Of a stretch of DNA of 64,000 bases, positions 37,154 to 47,029 are shown piece after piece. How positions within the stretch are numbered: position 1 is the first letter of the stretch; the number at the start of each line of letters is the position of its first letter. The position numbers were made by a program, and so were the translations under genes. Source of the stretch: a virus (lineage: Duplodnaviria > Caudoviricetes); the IMG/VR virus record IMGVR_UViG_3300028603_000002, positions 107,909 to 171,908 of that record. One strand, given 5' to 3'. The notes beneath the pieces were generated by a model. That model was given only the letters and a program-made list of their open reading frames with translations, was not told the DNA's origin and searched no databases.

Positions 37154-37570
37154 ATGGATAGACTAGAAAAATTAATAAGAAAGATAATGAGAGAGGAATT
37201 AGCAAAAGCTATTCTAATTCTTAAGAAAGAAATGAAAGAAAATAGAGGTAGTACTCAATTATCTGAAGTTTTCTCACGTCGACCAAAACCAAAGAGACCG
37301 GTACCTATTGAGAAAAGAGATTATGGATCTAGTGTTCTAAATCATTTATCTGATATGATGGCAGATGATTATAGTAACATGGATGATGTATATGAAGATC
37401 CCAATTTTATATATGAAGATATAACTGAAGAAATTGCACCACAACCAGTGCAAATTTTTGAAGGTAATGATCCAATTAGTAATATGTTGAATAAATCAGT
37501 GAGTAAGAAGAATTTTAAAGAAGTGTTGAAGAGAGCAGATGGATTTGCTAAAAATATGAGAAATCAATAA
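37154..37570 (+). CDS. hypothetical late protein
   Basis: 138 aa, after an ATATTTATA motif. Confidence 0.75.
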   Translation: MDRLEKLIRKIMREELAKAILILKKEMKENRGSTQLSEVFSRRPKPKRPVPIEKRDYGSSVLNHLSDMMADDYSNMDDVYEDPNFIYEDITEEIAPQPVQIFEGNDPISNMLNKSVSKKNFKEVLKRADGFAKNMRNQ

Positions 37571-37590
37571 TATAATGGAGATAATGTTGA

Positions 37591-39468
37591 ATGTCTGAAC
37601 ATAAATTTAACAGGCAAGTAAAATATATTAATCGTGATTTTGCTGAGTATAGGCAACTGCTTGTTAACTACGCAAAGAATTATTTTCCGAATACATATAA
37701 GGATTTTAATGAGTCATCTCCCGGTATGATGTTCATAGAAATGGCATCTATGGTTGGGGATGTAATATCATTCTATGGAGATGTTCAATTACAAGAAAGT
37801 TTTTTACATACAGTGGATGAAAGAATTAACCTTTATAACCTTGCTCAAGGAATGGGTTATAAAGCAAAAACAACAGTTCCTGCAAGTGTAAAATTAGATA
37901 TATTTCAATTAGTACCTAGCATCGGTAGCGGTACAAATACAGAACCAGATTATAGATATGCTTTATTTGTTGAATCTAATATGGAATGTCAAACTCAAGA
38001 TGGTATTAGATTCAGAACCGTAGAGCCAGTAGATTTTAGAAATGATAGTGCGCTAGATCCTAGAACAGTAAGCGTATATTCAACAACATCAGATGGTGCG
38101 ATAGAATATTACTTATTAAAGAAACAAGTAAATGCAGTATCTGGAGAAATAATGACAAGAACGTATGAATTTGGCGATCCAAAAATATACGATAAAATTA
38201 CTCTTCCAGAAGATAATGTTACTGAAATAATTGATATAATTGATTCCGATAATAACAAATGGTATGAAGTAGATTATTTAGCACAAGAATTAGTTGCTAC
38301 AGAAGTCCGAAATATACCTGCAAACGATCCTGTGCTAAGCAAACATAGAGATAGTGTCCCATTCTTACTGTGTTATAAACAAACTGAGAGACGCTTTGTA
38401 ACAAGGCTTAGACGGGATGATAGAACAGAAATACAATTCGGCGCAGGGCTGAGTCAAGAAGCGGATGAAGAAATTATACCGAATCCATTTAATGTTGGTT
38501 TAGGCATTGATTATTTTGCAAGAGTGACTGATGTAAGCGTCGATCCGAAGAATTTCTTATATACTAAAACATATGGAAGTGTACCAGCTGATACTACATT
38601 AACTGTAAGATATGGATTAGGATCTGGATTAAGTGATAATGTAAATTCAAATACAATTACTCAAATTGTAAGCATTGATACAAAATCTCCATTAGAATTA
38701 ATTGATCCAACAATACTTGAAACAATTAGAGATAGTATAACGATTAATAATCCTGATCCTGCTTATGGTGGTATGAATAGGAAACCAATTGATACAATAC
38801 GTCAGGAAGCAATGGCTAATTTCGCGGCTCAAAATAGATCAGTTACTAAAGAAGATTATATACTGAGATGTTATACAATGCCCGCTAAATTTGGAGCAAT
38901 AGCTAAAGTATACGCTGAACAAGACCAACAATTATCTAGATGGAATGATCTTGAAAAGATACCTAATCCATACGCAATTAATTTGTATGTTTTGGCATAT
39001 GATGGCAATAAGAATTTGGTTACAGCAAACGAAGCTATAAAAGAAAATCTAAGACAATACTTGCGACAGTATAGATTAATGACAGATGCAATAAACATTA
39101 AAGATCCATTTATTGTGAATATTGGAATAGAGTATGATATAGTCACCCGCCCAGATCAATCTAGCGATGTTGTTTTATCGAGATGTACTCAAAGATTACA
39201 AGAATTATTTGATAATGATAGAATGCAGATAAATAGACCAATATTCATAAATAAATTGTATACTGAATTAGATAAGATTGAGGGAGTACAAACTGTACAA
39301 GATATTAAGATTGTAAATCATTATAATATCAATCAAGGTTATTCTGGTAATGTGTATGATATAGAAACTGCAACGAGACAACAAATTCTATATCCCTCCG
39401 TTACTCCATGTATTTTTGAAGTTAAATATCCTAATACTGATATCCGGGGACGCGTAAATGACATTTAA
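37591..39468 (+). CDS. baseplate wedge subunit (T4 gp6 / baseplate J-like)
   Basis: YINRDF...YFPNTYKDFNESSPGMMFIEM...AQNRSVTKEDY...FGAIAK. Confidence 0.85.
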   Translation: MSEHKFNRQVKYINRDFAEYRQLLVNYAKNYFPNTYKDFNESSPGMMFIEMASMVGDVISFYGDVQLQESFLHTVDERINLYNLAQGMGYKAKTTVPASVKLDIFQLVPSIGSGTNTEPDYRYALFVESNMECQTQDGIRFRTVEPVDFRNDSALDPRTVSVYSTTSDGAIEYYLLKKQVNAVSGEIMTRTYEFGDPKIYDKITLPEDNVTEIIDIIDSDNNKWYEVDYLAQELVATEVRNIPANDPVLSKHRDSVPFLLCYKQTERRFVTRLRRDDRTEIQFGAGLSQEADEEIIPNPFNVGLGIDYFARVTDVSVDPKNFLYTKTYGSVPADTTLTVRYGLGSGLSDNVNSNTITQIVSIDTKSPLELIDPTILETIRDSITINNPDPAYGGMNRKPIDTIRQEAMANFAAQNRSVTKEDYILRCYTMPAKFGAIAKVYAEQDQQLSRWNDLEKIPNPYAINLYVLAYDGNKNLVTANEAIKENLRQYLRQYRLMTDAINIKDPFIVNIGIEYDIVTRPDQSSDVVLSRCTQRLQELFDNDRMQINRPIFINKLYTELDKIEGVQTVQDIKIVNHYNINQGYSGNVYDIETATRQQILYPSVTPCIFEVKYPNTDIRGRVNDI

Positions 39469-39548
39469 CAACTACATACAAAAAACAATTCACAGAAGAA
39501 GAAGTAAGAAATGTAAGTAAGGTGCAAAGTTACATTTATGTTTAAAAG
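39458..39548 (+). pseudogene. collapsed remnant of an LRR-family gene
   Basis: 5' end like 54495 joined out of frame to the 3' end like 56085-56120 and 53926-53963. Confidence 0.75.
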
Positions 39549-39563
39549 AGAAGATGGAGAATA

Positions 39564-40697
39564 ATGTATAAAATAATCTATCCACAACAAGATGCTACAA
39601 TATATGAACTTCATGTAGAACGAAATACTGGAGCAGATCAGATACTGCAATTATCTAAGATTACTGCAGGACAGTATATTGAGGATATACTACATAGTGG
39701 TGAGATATATGCGGATACTTATGCTTCAAGAATATTAATGAAATTTAATACTACTGAAGTATCAGAAAGTATTTCAAGTGGTGATGTAGGTAAAGATGTA
39801 ACATTATTTCTAAAATTGTATGCTAGCGAAGCAGAAGAATTACAAATTAATTATACAGTAGAATGTAGAGCAATTAGTGGATCTTGGTTAAATGGTACTG
39901 GATATTATGCTAATTCACCTCAAATTACTAATGGAACAAGCTGGAAATATAGAAAATCAAAAACTGATGGTACTGTTTGGAATACAGGTAGTTATGCAAC
40001 TGGAGTTACTGGTTCGTGGAGTACTGTTGCAGGGGGCGGTAATTGGTATACAGGAAGTAATTATGTAGGACAACAAACATTTGATTATGAATTGCCAGAT
40101 ACAAATATCAATATTACAACCTTATTTAAAGAATGGATAAGTGGAAGTATACCAAATGATGGTATGATTATAAAATTTACAGAGGCTGAAGAAAAGAGTA
40201 CAAGTATTTTAGGTAGAATAAACTATTTTTCAAAAGATACACATACAATATTTGTTCCAAGAATTATAATGTATTGGAATAGTTACGTTGGTAGTGGAAC
40301 TGGGAGTATTACTCAAATTGATACATCTGAAGATTATGTTGTATATTGTAAAAATCTAAGAAAGACATACAGGGGAAATGAAAAAGTTAAATTAAGAATT
40401 GGATCGAGACCTAAATATCCGACAAGAACGTATTCAACAGCAAGTGCTTATACAAAAACATATAGATTGCCCACTGGAAGTTATTACGCTATCCAGGATA
40501 TTGTTACAAAGGCAATGGTAGTAGATTTCAATACAGTAGGTACTAAGTTAAATTGTGATAGTAATGGTAATTACATTGATTTGGATGTTAATAACCTGAT
40601 GCCGGAGAGATATTACAAATTTATAATTAAGATAGAAGATTCAGGTGATATAAAGTATATAGATGATGGTTTAATTTTTAAAGTAGAAAGAATATGA
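39564..40697 (+). CDS. virion structural protein (DNRLRE-like)
   Basis: YPQQDATIYE..NTGADQIL...SRILMKF...PNDGMIIK...YFSKDTHTIFVP. Confidence 0.7.
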   Translation: MYKIIYPQQDATIYELHVERNTGADQILQLSKITAGQYIEDILHSGEIYADTYASRILMKFNTTEVSESISSGDVGKDVTLFLKLYASEAEELQINYTVECRAISGSWLNGTGYYANSPQITNGTSWKYRKSKTDGTVWNTGSYATGVTGSWSTVAGGGNWYTGSNYVGQQTFDYELPDTNINITTLFKEWISGSIPNDGMIIKFTEAEEKSTSILGRINYFSKDTHTIFVPRIIMYWNSYVGSGTGSITQIDTSEDYVVYCKNLRKTYRGNEKVKLRIGSRPKYPTRTYSTASAYTKTYRLPTGSYYAIQDIVTKAMVVDFNTVGTKLNCDSNGNYIDLDVNNLMPERYYKFIIKIEDSGDIKYIDDGLIFKVERI

Positions 40698-41086
40698 AGT
40701 ATTTAATGTTAATAATTTTTGTGTTGGGTTCAATAACAATGTATTCCCAGGATGACAGTACTAAAGTAGCTAATAAAGATTTGATTAAAGCAGCTGAAAC
40801 TATTAAAAAACAAAGAGATAGTATTGTTAATATGAAGAAACAACTTCTTGAATTTCGATATCAGACTGATATGGTAGAACAATTGCGGTTGAGAGATAGT
40901 ATGTTAATAGCAACATTATTTATGAAGACTGAATTGCAGGACGGAATAGTAATTCGTTATGATAAGATTGTAAAGAATATAAGCAAATCAAATGTATGGT
41001 ATGAAAATAAATATGTTTGGTTTGGAGGAGGAGTCGCATTAACATATCTGGCATCTGTAATTGTGAAAAATTCTGTGGGTAGGTAA
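40694..41086 (+). CDS. secreted or membrane coiled-coil protein (possible spanin-like)
   Basis: Signal-like N-terminus, coiled coil, WYENKYVWFGGG plus a C-terminal hydrophobic segment. Confidence 0.6.
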   Translation: MKYLMLIIFVLGSITMYSQDDSTKVANKDLIKAAETIKKQRDSIVNMKKQLLEFRYQTDMVEQLRLRDSMLIATLFMKTELQDGIVIRYDKIVKNISKSNVWYENKYVWFGGGVALTYLASVIVKNSVGR

Positions 41087-41173
41087 ATGACATTTAACAA
41101 TTACATACAAAAAATAATCTTAGAAGAAGAAGTAAGAAATGTAAGCAAGGTGAAAAGTTACATTTATGTTTAA
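41087..41173 (+). pseudogene. in-frame collapsed LRR-family mini-gene (28 aa)
   Basis: MTFNNYIQKIILEEEVRNVSKVKSYIYV is the N-terminus of 54495 fused to the C-terminus of 52392. Confidence 0.8.
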
Positions 41174-41183
41174 AAGATAAAAT

Positions 41184-41999
41184 ATGATCATTAACAATAT
41201 AGAATACAAGATTAAAGAACATGGAGTTAGTAAACTAGTAACAGATGTAACTCCAAAAGAAGGGCAAACTTTTGAAGTTGAAACCCAATTAGAAATTAAT
41301 GCGAAAACATATGAATTAAGCTCCAGAAATGGTTCAGGTGTTTATATACTACCACTTGAAAAAGATAAGGTATGGTTAAACTTCATAGCTGAAAAAATTA
41401 TAATAACTGATAGTGAATTAGAAAAATTGGGAAACGAATTTGAATATTTCATTGATGATTTAGATGACTTGGAAGTTATTGAAGAAGATATATTAGTAGC
41501 AGATGGTCAATTCTTTAGATGTGTTGGTTCAGGTACTACATTAAAGAAAAAAGAAGATATGACGTACTATATCTTACTAGGTGGGAAAGCAAGAAAAATA
41601 CCAAACTATAAAACATTAGAAGTAATGCTAGCAGAAAGAAATCAGACATTAAATAGCGTAAGAGTTCTCGAAAAGGATCAGTGTGATATAATCCCTGATG
41701 GTGAAGATATGCCTGATAGAGCATCACAATGGAAAAAAGAACATGAAGATCAAACTAACCTAGAAAAATTAAAAGAATTAGAAAATAATGCTAAAGAAGC
41801 TGGTGAAATGATGGAAGAGGCAAAGGGTGAAGCAAATAAACAAATAGAAGCTGTTAAGGAACAAGCAGCGGCGGCAAAAGCAGAAGCCGAAGCGGCGAAG
41901 GCGGAAGCTAAGGCAGCAGAAGCAGCAGCCGCAGCAGCACAGGCGGAAGCAGAGGCGAAGAAAGCCGAATATGAAGCACAGATAAATAGTGGAACTTAA
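41184..41999 (+). CDS. hypothetical structural protein with Ala/Glu/Lys coiled-coil tail
   Basis: AAAAKAEAEAAKAEAKAAEAAAAAAQAEAEA. Confidence 0.75.
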   Translation: MIINNIEYKIKEHGVSKLVTDVTPKEGQTFEVETQLEINAKTYELSSRNGSGVYILPLEKDKVWLNFIAEKIIITDSELEKLGNEFEYFIDDLDDLEVIEEDILVADGQFFRCVGSGTTLKKKEDMTYYILLGGKARKIPNYKTLEVMLAERNQTLNSVRVLEKDQCDIIPDGEDMPDRASQWKKEHEDQTNLEKLKELENNAKEAGEMMEEAKGEANKQIEAVKEQAAAAKAEAEAAKAEAKAAEAAAAAAQAEAEAKKAEYEAQINSGT

Positions 42000-44900
42000 T
42001 GTCTCTATCAAGATACGAAAATATAGAATCAATATTAAATTTAAATGAACCACAATATGGTTCGTTATATAGAGGCATTGATCTATCTTCTGTTGTGCAT
42101 GAAAAGTATATTCCAAATGATTCAAAGATTGTTCAAAAACGTGCAGAAATGCACATATATACTTTCAATGGGGATTACCTTGCTAGCAATTATGAAGCTG
42201 AATATCTAATAAGAGATGAATATACTAATAGTTTTTTAGTTGATATAAAAAAGGCATTTCAAGATTCTGGGATAATCAATGGTAGTTTTCTTGTAACAAT
42301 AGGAATTTTTGAAGATATATTAGGGACACCACAATCCCCAGGATGCAGGTTAGTAGAAATAAGCCCGGAACAGGACGAGTTAAGATTACAATTAGTTGAT
42401 CAATCTAAATCAACAGAATTAGCTAATTTTAAGAAAGTAGTTGAAGCATTACAAGGTGCTAATATACTAAATCAATTAGTTGTTAATTTCGGAAAGAATA
42501 AAGTTCGAAAGATTCTAAATATAAAGTTTGATGATAAAAACATTTATATCAAACTATACAAACCATTTATAGACGATATCTTTGAAAAGGAATTATGTTT
42601 CTTCTCAATAGAGTACATTGATCCTTATATAGATACTGTAATACTTGCATCTCCTGTAGATGGTGGGGAAGTAACTATACTACAACATCCTAATTTCCAT
42701 TTAGATGTTGATGAATATGTAAGTAATTCAACTGTTTATAAATCTTGGAATGAATTACTCGATGCCGATGCGCCAACTACTCAACGAATAATAGATAGTT
42801 TCTTATCAGGTAGTGCAACAGCTACATTAAATGTAGATTATACTGACTTCAATAATTTCATATTCTATTCATCAGCAAAGGAAAGAATAGATAATTTCAA
42901 ATATAAGTTAGAATTATTTGAAGGATACCAAAAAACAATCACTACATTAAATCAGTCTACTGCTAGCAGTACACCGTGGGTTGCTGATTCTATCACAATT
43001 AATCAAAAAAGAATTGATGTATTAAAGAGTACATTTGATCCATTTGAAAGATGGTTGTATTATCATGGAACAAGCAGTTTATTTACGCATGATAGATCGG
43101 GTTCATTAACGCCATGGCCAAAATATATAGAAAATGGAAAATATGTACCACATCATACTACAAGTAGTATAGCAACAACTTGGTACAATAAAAATATATT
43201 CAGTGCTAGTGCATATGATGCTAGAAATTCTAATAGGTTATATTGGAGTATTCCTGAGCATGTAATAATGGATGAAAACAATAGTGATTATACACTATTT
43301 GTTGAAATGGTTGCTCAACACTTTGATAATATCTACATGTATGTTAATGCGTTAACACAAATACATGAAAAGGATGAACACCCAGAACGAGGTCCTTCGG
43401 GAGAATTATTATACCACATTGCAAAAAGTTTTGGTTGGAAATTACAAAATACAAGAGAATTAAGTAATCTATGGCAATATAAATTAGGTACAGATCAGAG
43501 CGGCAGTTGGTCAAATACAGGCAGTTTACAAAGTACTCCAAGGGAAAATCAAACATATCAAGTCTGGAAGAGGATTGTAAATAACTTACCATATCTCCTA
43601 AAAACAAAAGGTACTGGAAGAAGTGTAAAGGCAATGATGTCTATATACGGGATTCCGAATACATTAATATCAATTAAGGAATATGGTGGCCCAAGTGTAT
43701 CGCAAAATAAACCTTCTATAATTGAAGATAGATATTATTACAAATTACATTTTAGTGGTTCACAATACATTGAACTACCCAGAAGAGTTGTACCTGCATC
43801 AAGTGGCAGTTGGCAAGGAGTTCAAAGAGTATCTGATAGTGTAATATTTAGATTTAATACTAACCACAGTTCTAGTGTTAGTATGAGTTTATGGGCTATT
43901 GAAGATGGTTCAAATAGATCTGTTAATTCAAACTTAGAAGTAGTACATATATCAAACAAACAAAATGGAACAATTAGTTACTCAGGAAGCAATGCTTATG
44001 GTTATTTAAGATTTAAATCAACTGCAAAGAGCGGAAGTGTTATAGTAAGCAGCAGTGTAGAATCTGCCTACTATCCATTCTTTGATAATGATTCATGGTC
44101 AGTAAAGATAGAAACAACTCCAAGTCTAAATGAACATAATACAAGTGGCAGTGTATTAATTGATTTTGGTAAAATGAGTGATTGTTTGTATGGGAGAATA
44201 ACTCATACAGGTAGTTTAGTATGGAGTAGTAGTTTTGATGTTGCTGAACAATGGAGTGCTAAATCATCTTCATTATCTTCATCTGATTATATTGTATTAG
44301 GTGGTACGACTGGAAGTAATTCTAATAGATTCGTTGGTAATATTGATGGTTATAAAGAATACTTTACAAAGATAGATAAGGAGATATTTCATCAGCATAT
44401 TCTTAACCCTGCAGCATACTTTACAGAATCACCATCAGGAAGCTATTATAATTTACATCGTTATTTCCCCTTAGGATTGGATGTACAGCGTTGGAATCAT
44501 AGTACCTATACTCAGGTATCAAGCAGTCACCCAAATAGAAATATAAGCTTCGATACAACCGCCAGTTTCTATAATTTCACTGGATCACAAGAAGTACAAT
44601 ATACATCAGCAGTAGAAACATTCTATGTATATGTTCCAACATTAGGTGGTAATGTTCTAAGAGGTGAAAAAATAAGACTCGAAGAGAATAAATTAAGATA
44701 TGATTTATCTCCTGATTCAAGAAGTGAATTATCACAATTCGATAAGTCTACAACAGATACAAATAGATTAGCAATTGTATTTGCACCATCAGACCATGTG
44801 AATAGGGACATATACAACCACATGGGATTTGATGAGCTAGATGATTGGATAGCTGACCCTGAATATGAATTTTTAAGAGAGTATTCGGAATTAAAAAGAT

Positions 44901-45823
44901 TCGGAAGAGAATACTGGCAAAAATACACGCAGAAGAATGATATAAATGCGTTCATTAGAATCTTCAGTGTTTTTGATTACACATTCTTCGAACAAATAAA
45001 ACAATTAGTACCTGCAAGAGCGAATCTAATAACTGGTATATTAATTGAACCAAATATTTTAGAAAGAAGTAAAGTAAAGTTAACAAGTTTACCAAGCATT
45101 GAAACTCCTTCATATGAGAAGGAAATAAAACTATACAACCTAACTCAATCTGGTGAATACCCAGTATACGAGGGAGAATTAGCTAAGACAGGATCATTCC
45201 ATATAGATGATTGTTATTATACAGGAAGTCTACAAACAACAAGAAGTTTATACATAGATGATTGTTATTACACATCGAGTTTACAAAGTACACATAGTGT
45301 ATTTATGGATGATTGTGGATACAGTGGTAGTATAAAGAGATTCTATTCAATGAGCGCTTGTAGCAGACATCATTTTGATGCTACCGATATATGTGGTTGT
45401 GGTTTGGGTGATACTATTAATATGATCATCATCAAATTCTCAGGTTCACAAGGAGAGACAGGATCTATTATTGATAAACATTTGGTGTATGGTCATGGAA
45501 CACCAAAGTATTATAAAGTAATAGAACATTATGAAGCACAAGGTGCATTTACAAGTCTATATCAAAAGCATTGGATGACACATGTTTCAATGAGTTATAA
45601 AAAATACTATTCGAGGAGTTTAGAACCAACAAGTTACCAAATAGAAGAGGATAGCAGTAGGAATAATTCAAGGTTCTTAGGATCAAAGATAAGTAGCCCT
45701 GATATCAATGTAGACAGCAAGGATACAGTTGATGGAAGTCCTGTTGTGCAGGTTTGGGAAGTGAATCCAAACAATATTTATATTAGTGACGAGGATGTTG
45801 AAGGTAATTTGATAGTAGAATGA
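41999..45823 (+). CDS. large baseplate wedge / tail protein (gp7-like)
   Basis: 1274 aa; FVEMVAQHFD...WKRIVNNLPYLLKTKGT.RSVKA...YG; VPARANL.TG..IEP.ILER. Confidence 0.75.
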   Translation: MSLSRYENIESILNLNEPQYGSLYRGIDLSSVVHEKYIPNDSKIVQKRAEMHIYTFNGDYLASNYEAEYLIRDEYTNSFLVDIKKAFQDSGIINGSFLVTIGIFEDILGTPQSPGCRLVEISPEQDELRLQLVDQSKSTELANFKKVVEALQGANILNQLVVNFGKNKVRKILNIKFDDKNIYIKLYKPFIDDIFEKELCFFSIEYIDPYIDTVILASPVDGGEVTILQHPNFHLDVDEYVSNSTVYKSWNELLDADAPTTQRIIDSFLSGSATATLNVDYTDFNNFIFYSSAKERIDNFKYKLELFEGYQKTITTLNQSTASSTPWVADSITINQKRIDVLKSTFDPFERWLYYHGTSSLFTHDRSGSLTPWPKYIENGKYVPHHTTSSIATTWYNKNIFSASAYDARNSNRLYWSIPEHVIMDENNSDYTLFVEMVAQHFDNIYMYVNALTQIHEKDEHPERGPSGELLYHIAKSFGWKLQNTRELSNLWQYKLGTDQSGSWSNTGSLQSTPRENQTYQVWKRIVNNLPYLLKTKGTGRSVKAMMSIYGIPNTLISIKEYGGPSVSQNKPSIIEDRYYYKLHFSGSQYIELPRRVVPASSGSWQGVQRVSDSVIFRFNTNHSSSVSMSLWAIEDGSNRSVNSNLEVVHISNKQNGTISYSGSNAYGYLRFKSTAKSGSVIVSSSVESAYYPFFDNDSWSVKIETTPSLNEHNTSGSVLIDFGKMSDCLYGRITHTGSLVWSSSFDVAEQWSAKSSSLSSSDYIVLGGTTGSNSNRFVGNIDGYKEYFTKIDKEIFHQHILNPAAYFTESPSGSYYNLHRYFPLGLDVQRWNHSTYTQVSSSHPNRNISFDTTASFYNFTGSQEVQYTSAVETFYVYVPTLGGNVLRGEKIRLEENKLRYDLSPDSRSELSQFDKSTTDTNRLAIVFAPSDHVNRDIYNHMGFDELDDWIADPEYEFLREYSELKRFGREYWQKYTQKNDINAFIRIFSVFDYTFFEQIKQLVPARANLITGILIEPNILERSKVKLTSLPSIETPSYEKEIKLYNLTQSGEYPVYEGELAKTGSFHIDDCYYTGSLQTTRSLYIDDCYYTSSLQSTHSVFMDDCGYSGSIKRFYSMSACSRHHFDATDICGCGLGDTINMIIIKFSGSQGETGSIIDKHLVYGHGTPKYYKVIEHYEAQGAFTSLYQKHWMTHVSMSYKKYYSRSLEPTSYQIEEDSSRNNSRFLGSKISSPDINVDSKDTVDGSPVVQVWEVNPNNIYISDEDVEGNLIVE

Positions 45824-45870
45824 TATTTATTTATAGATGTAGTTAATATTTATTAGTAGGAATACATGAA

Positions 45871-46182
45871 ATGAAGAAGAAACATATACTTGCTGAGAAT
45901 TATGAAAGGTTCTTTAAAGATAGATTAGTGGAAGAAGGTCAGGTCCATGATTTTAAAAAAGTTGTGTTAAGTTTTTTAGAATATCCTTGGCAAGAAGATA
46001 TAGAAATTGAAATAGTTGAAATGATATCTGAGTATGAACAAGAAATTAAAACATCGAGTTCCGCATTTGTCAAGAGTTATTTGAAAAGATTTATTGAGGA
46101 AAATGATTTATTATCTGCAAGATATATGCAAACAATGAGTGATAAATTTATAGATGTATTGAATTATTTTGAAAATGCGTAA
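45871..46182 (+). CDS. hypothetical late protein (possible head-internal)
   Basis: MKKKHILAENYERFF...LVEE after a late-promoter motif. Confidence 0.65.
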   Translation: MKKKHILAENYERFFKDRLVEEGQVHDFKKVVLSFLEYPWQEDIEIEIVEMISEYEQEIKTSSSAFVKSYLKRFIEENDLLSARYMQTMSDKFIDVLNYFENA

Positions 46183-46268
46183 AGTATTATAAAATAGTTA
46201 ATATGTTTATATATAATAGAAAAAATAATATAAAAGACTAAATAGTTGAAAATTAAAGGATTACATAT

Positions 46269-46964
46269 ATGGGATATCTTTCGAATGCGTCTATAACAAT
46301 TGACGCCATTTTAACAAGAAAAGGCAGGGAGCTACTGGCACGCGGTAGAAACGAGTTTAACATTGCATTTTTTGCATTGGCAGATGATGAAGTAGATTAC
46401 AGTTTATGGAACCCGGATCACCCTCTTGGCAGTGCTTACTACGGAACTGTAATTGAAAATATGCCAATTACAGAAGCAGTTCCTGATGAAACAGTATCAA
46501 TGAAATATAAACTGGTAACATTACCTAAGAAAACTATCAGAATACCAGTTGTATCTGTTCCAAATACTGCAATAACATTAACAGCAGGACAAGCAGATAC
46601 AGTACGACCACAAACTATAAACTATTCAGATGGTAATAGTACATATGGTTATACTGCAGTATTGGCTGATAGCGATGTATGTATATTAGAAGTAGTGGAA
46701 GCTGCTAAAGGACAAATAGGTGATCCGAATACAATACCTTCACCAATTAGCGAATCTGAAGCAGGACAAGCAGTAACAGTCTCAGGAAGAGAATTTAGAG
46801 TAAGAGCTAAAGGTGCAGTTACAGCAACTAAATCAACAACATTAACAATATATGGAAACGAGACAGGTGGATCAGTTGTAGTTAATATAACAGTTAAGAA
46901 ACAAACATTAAATACAACACCTAATGTTCCGATAACAGGACAGCCTCCAATTTCATTACCATGA
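46269..46964 (+). CDS. virion structural protein (baseplate/tail associated)
   Basis: MGYL...DAILTRKGRELLA...FALADDEVDYSLW...GNETGG. Confidence 0.75.
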   Translation: MGYLSNASITIDAILTRKGRELLARGRNEFNIAFFALADDEVDYSLWNPDHPLGSAYYGTVIENMPITEAVPDETVSMKYKLVTLPKKTIRIPVVSVPNTAITLTAGQADTVRPQTINYSDGNSTYGYTAVLADSDVCILEVVEAAKGQIGDPNTIPSPISESEAGQAVTVSGREFRVRAKGAVTATKSTTLTIYGNETGGSVVVNITVKKQTLNTTPNVPITGQPPISLP

Positions 46965-47029
46965 TGATAGGATATTAAGATATGAAAATTACAATAATGC
47001 AATAAAATAAAAAATGAGAGAATATATAT

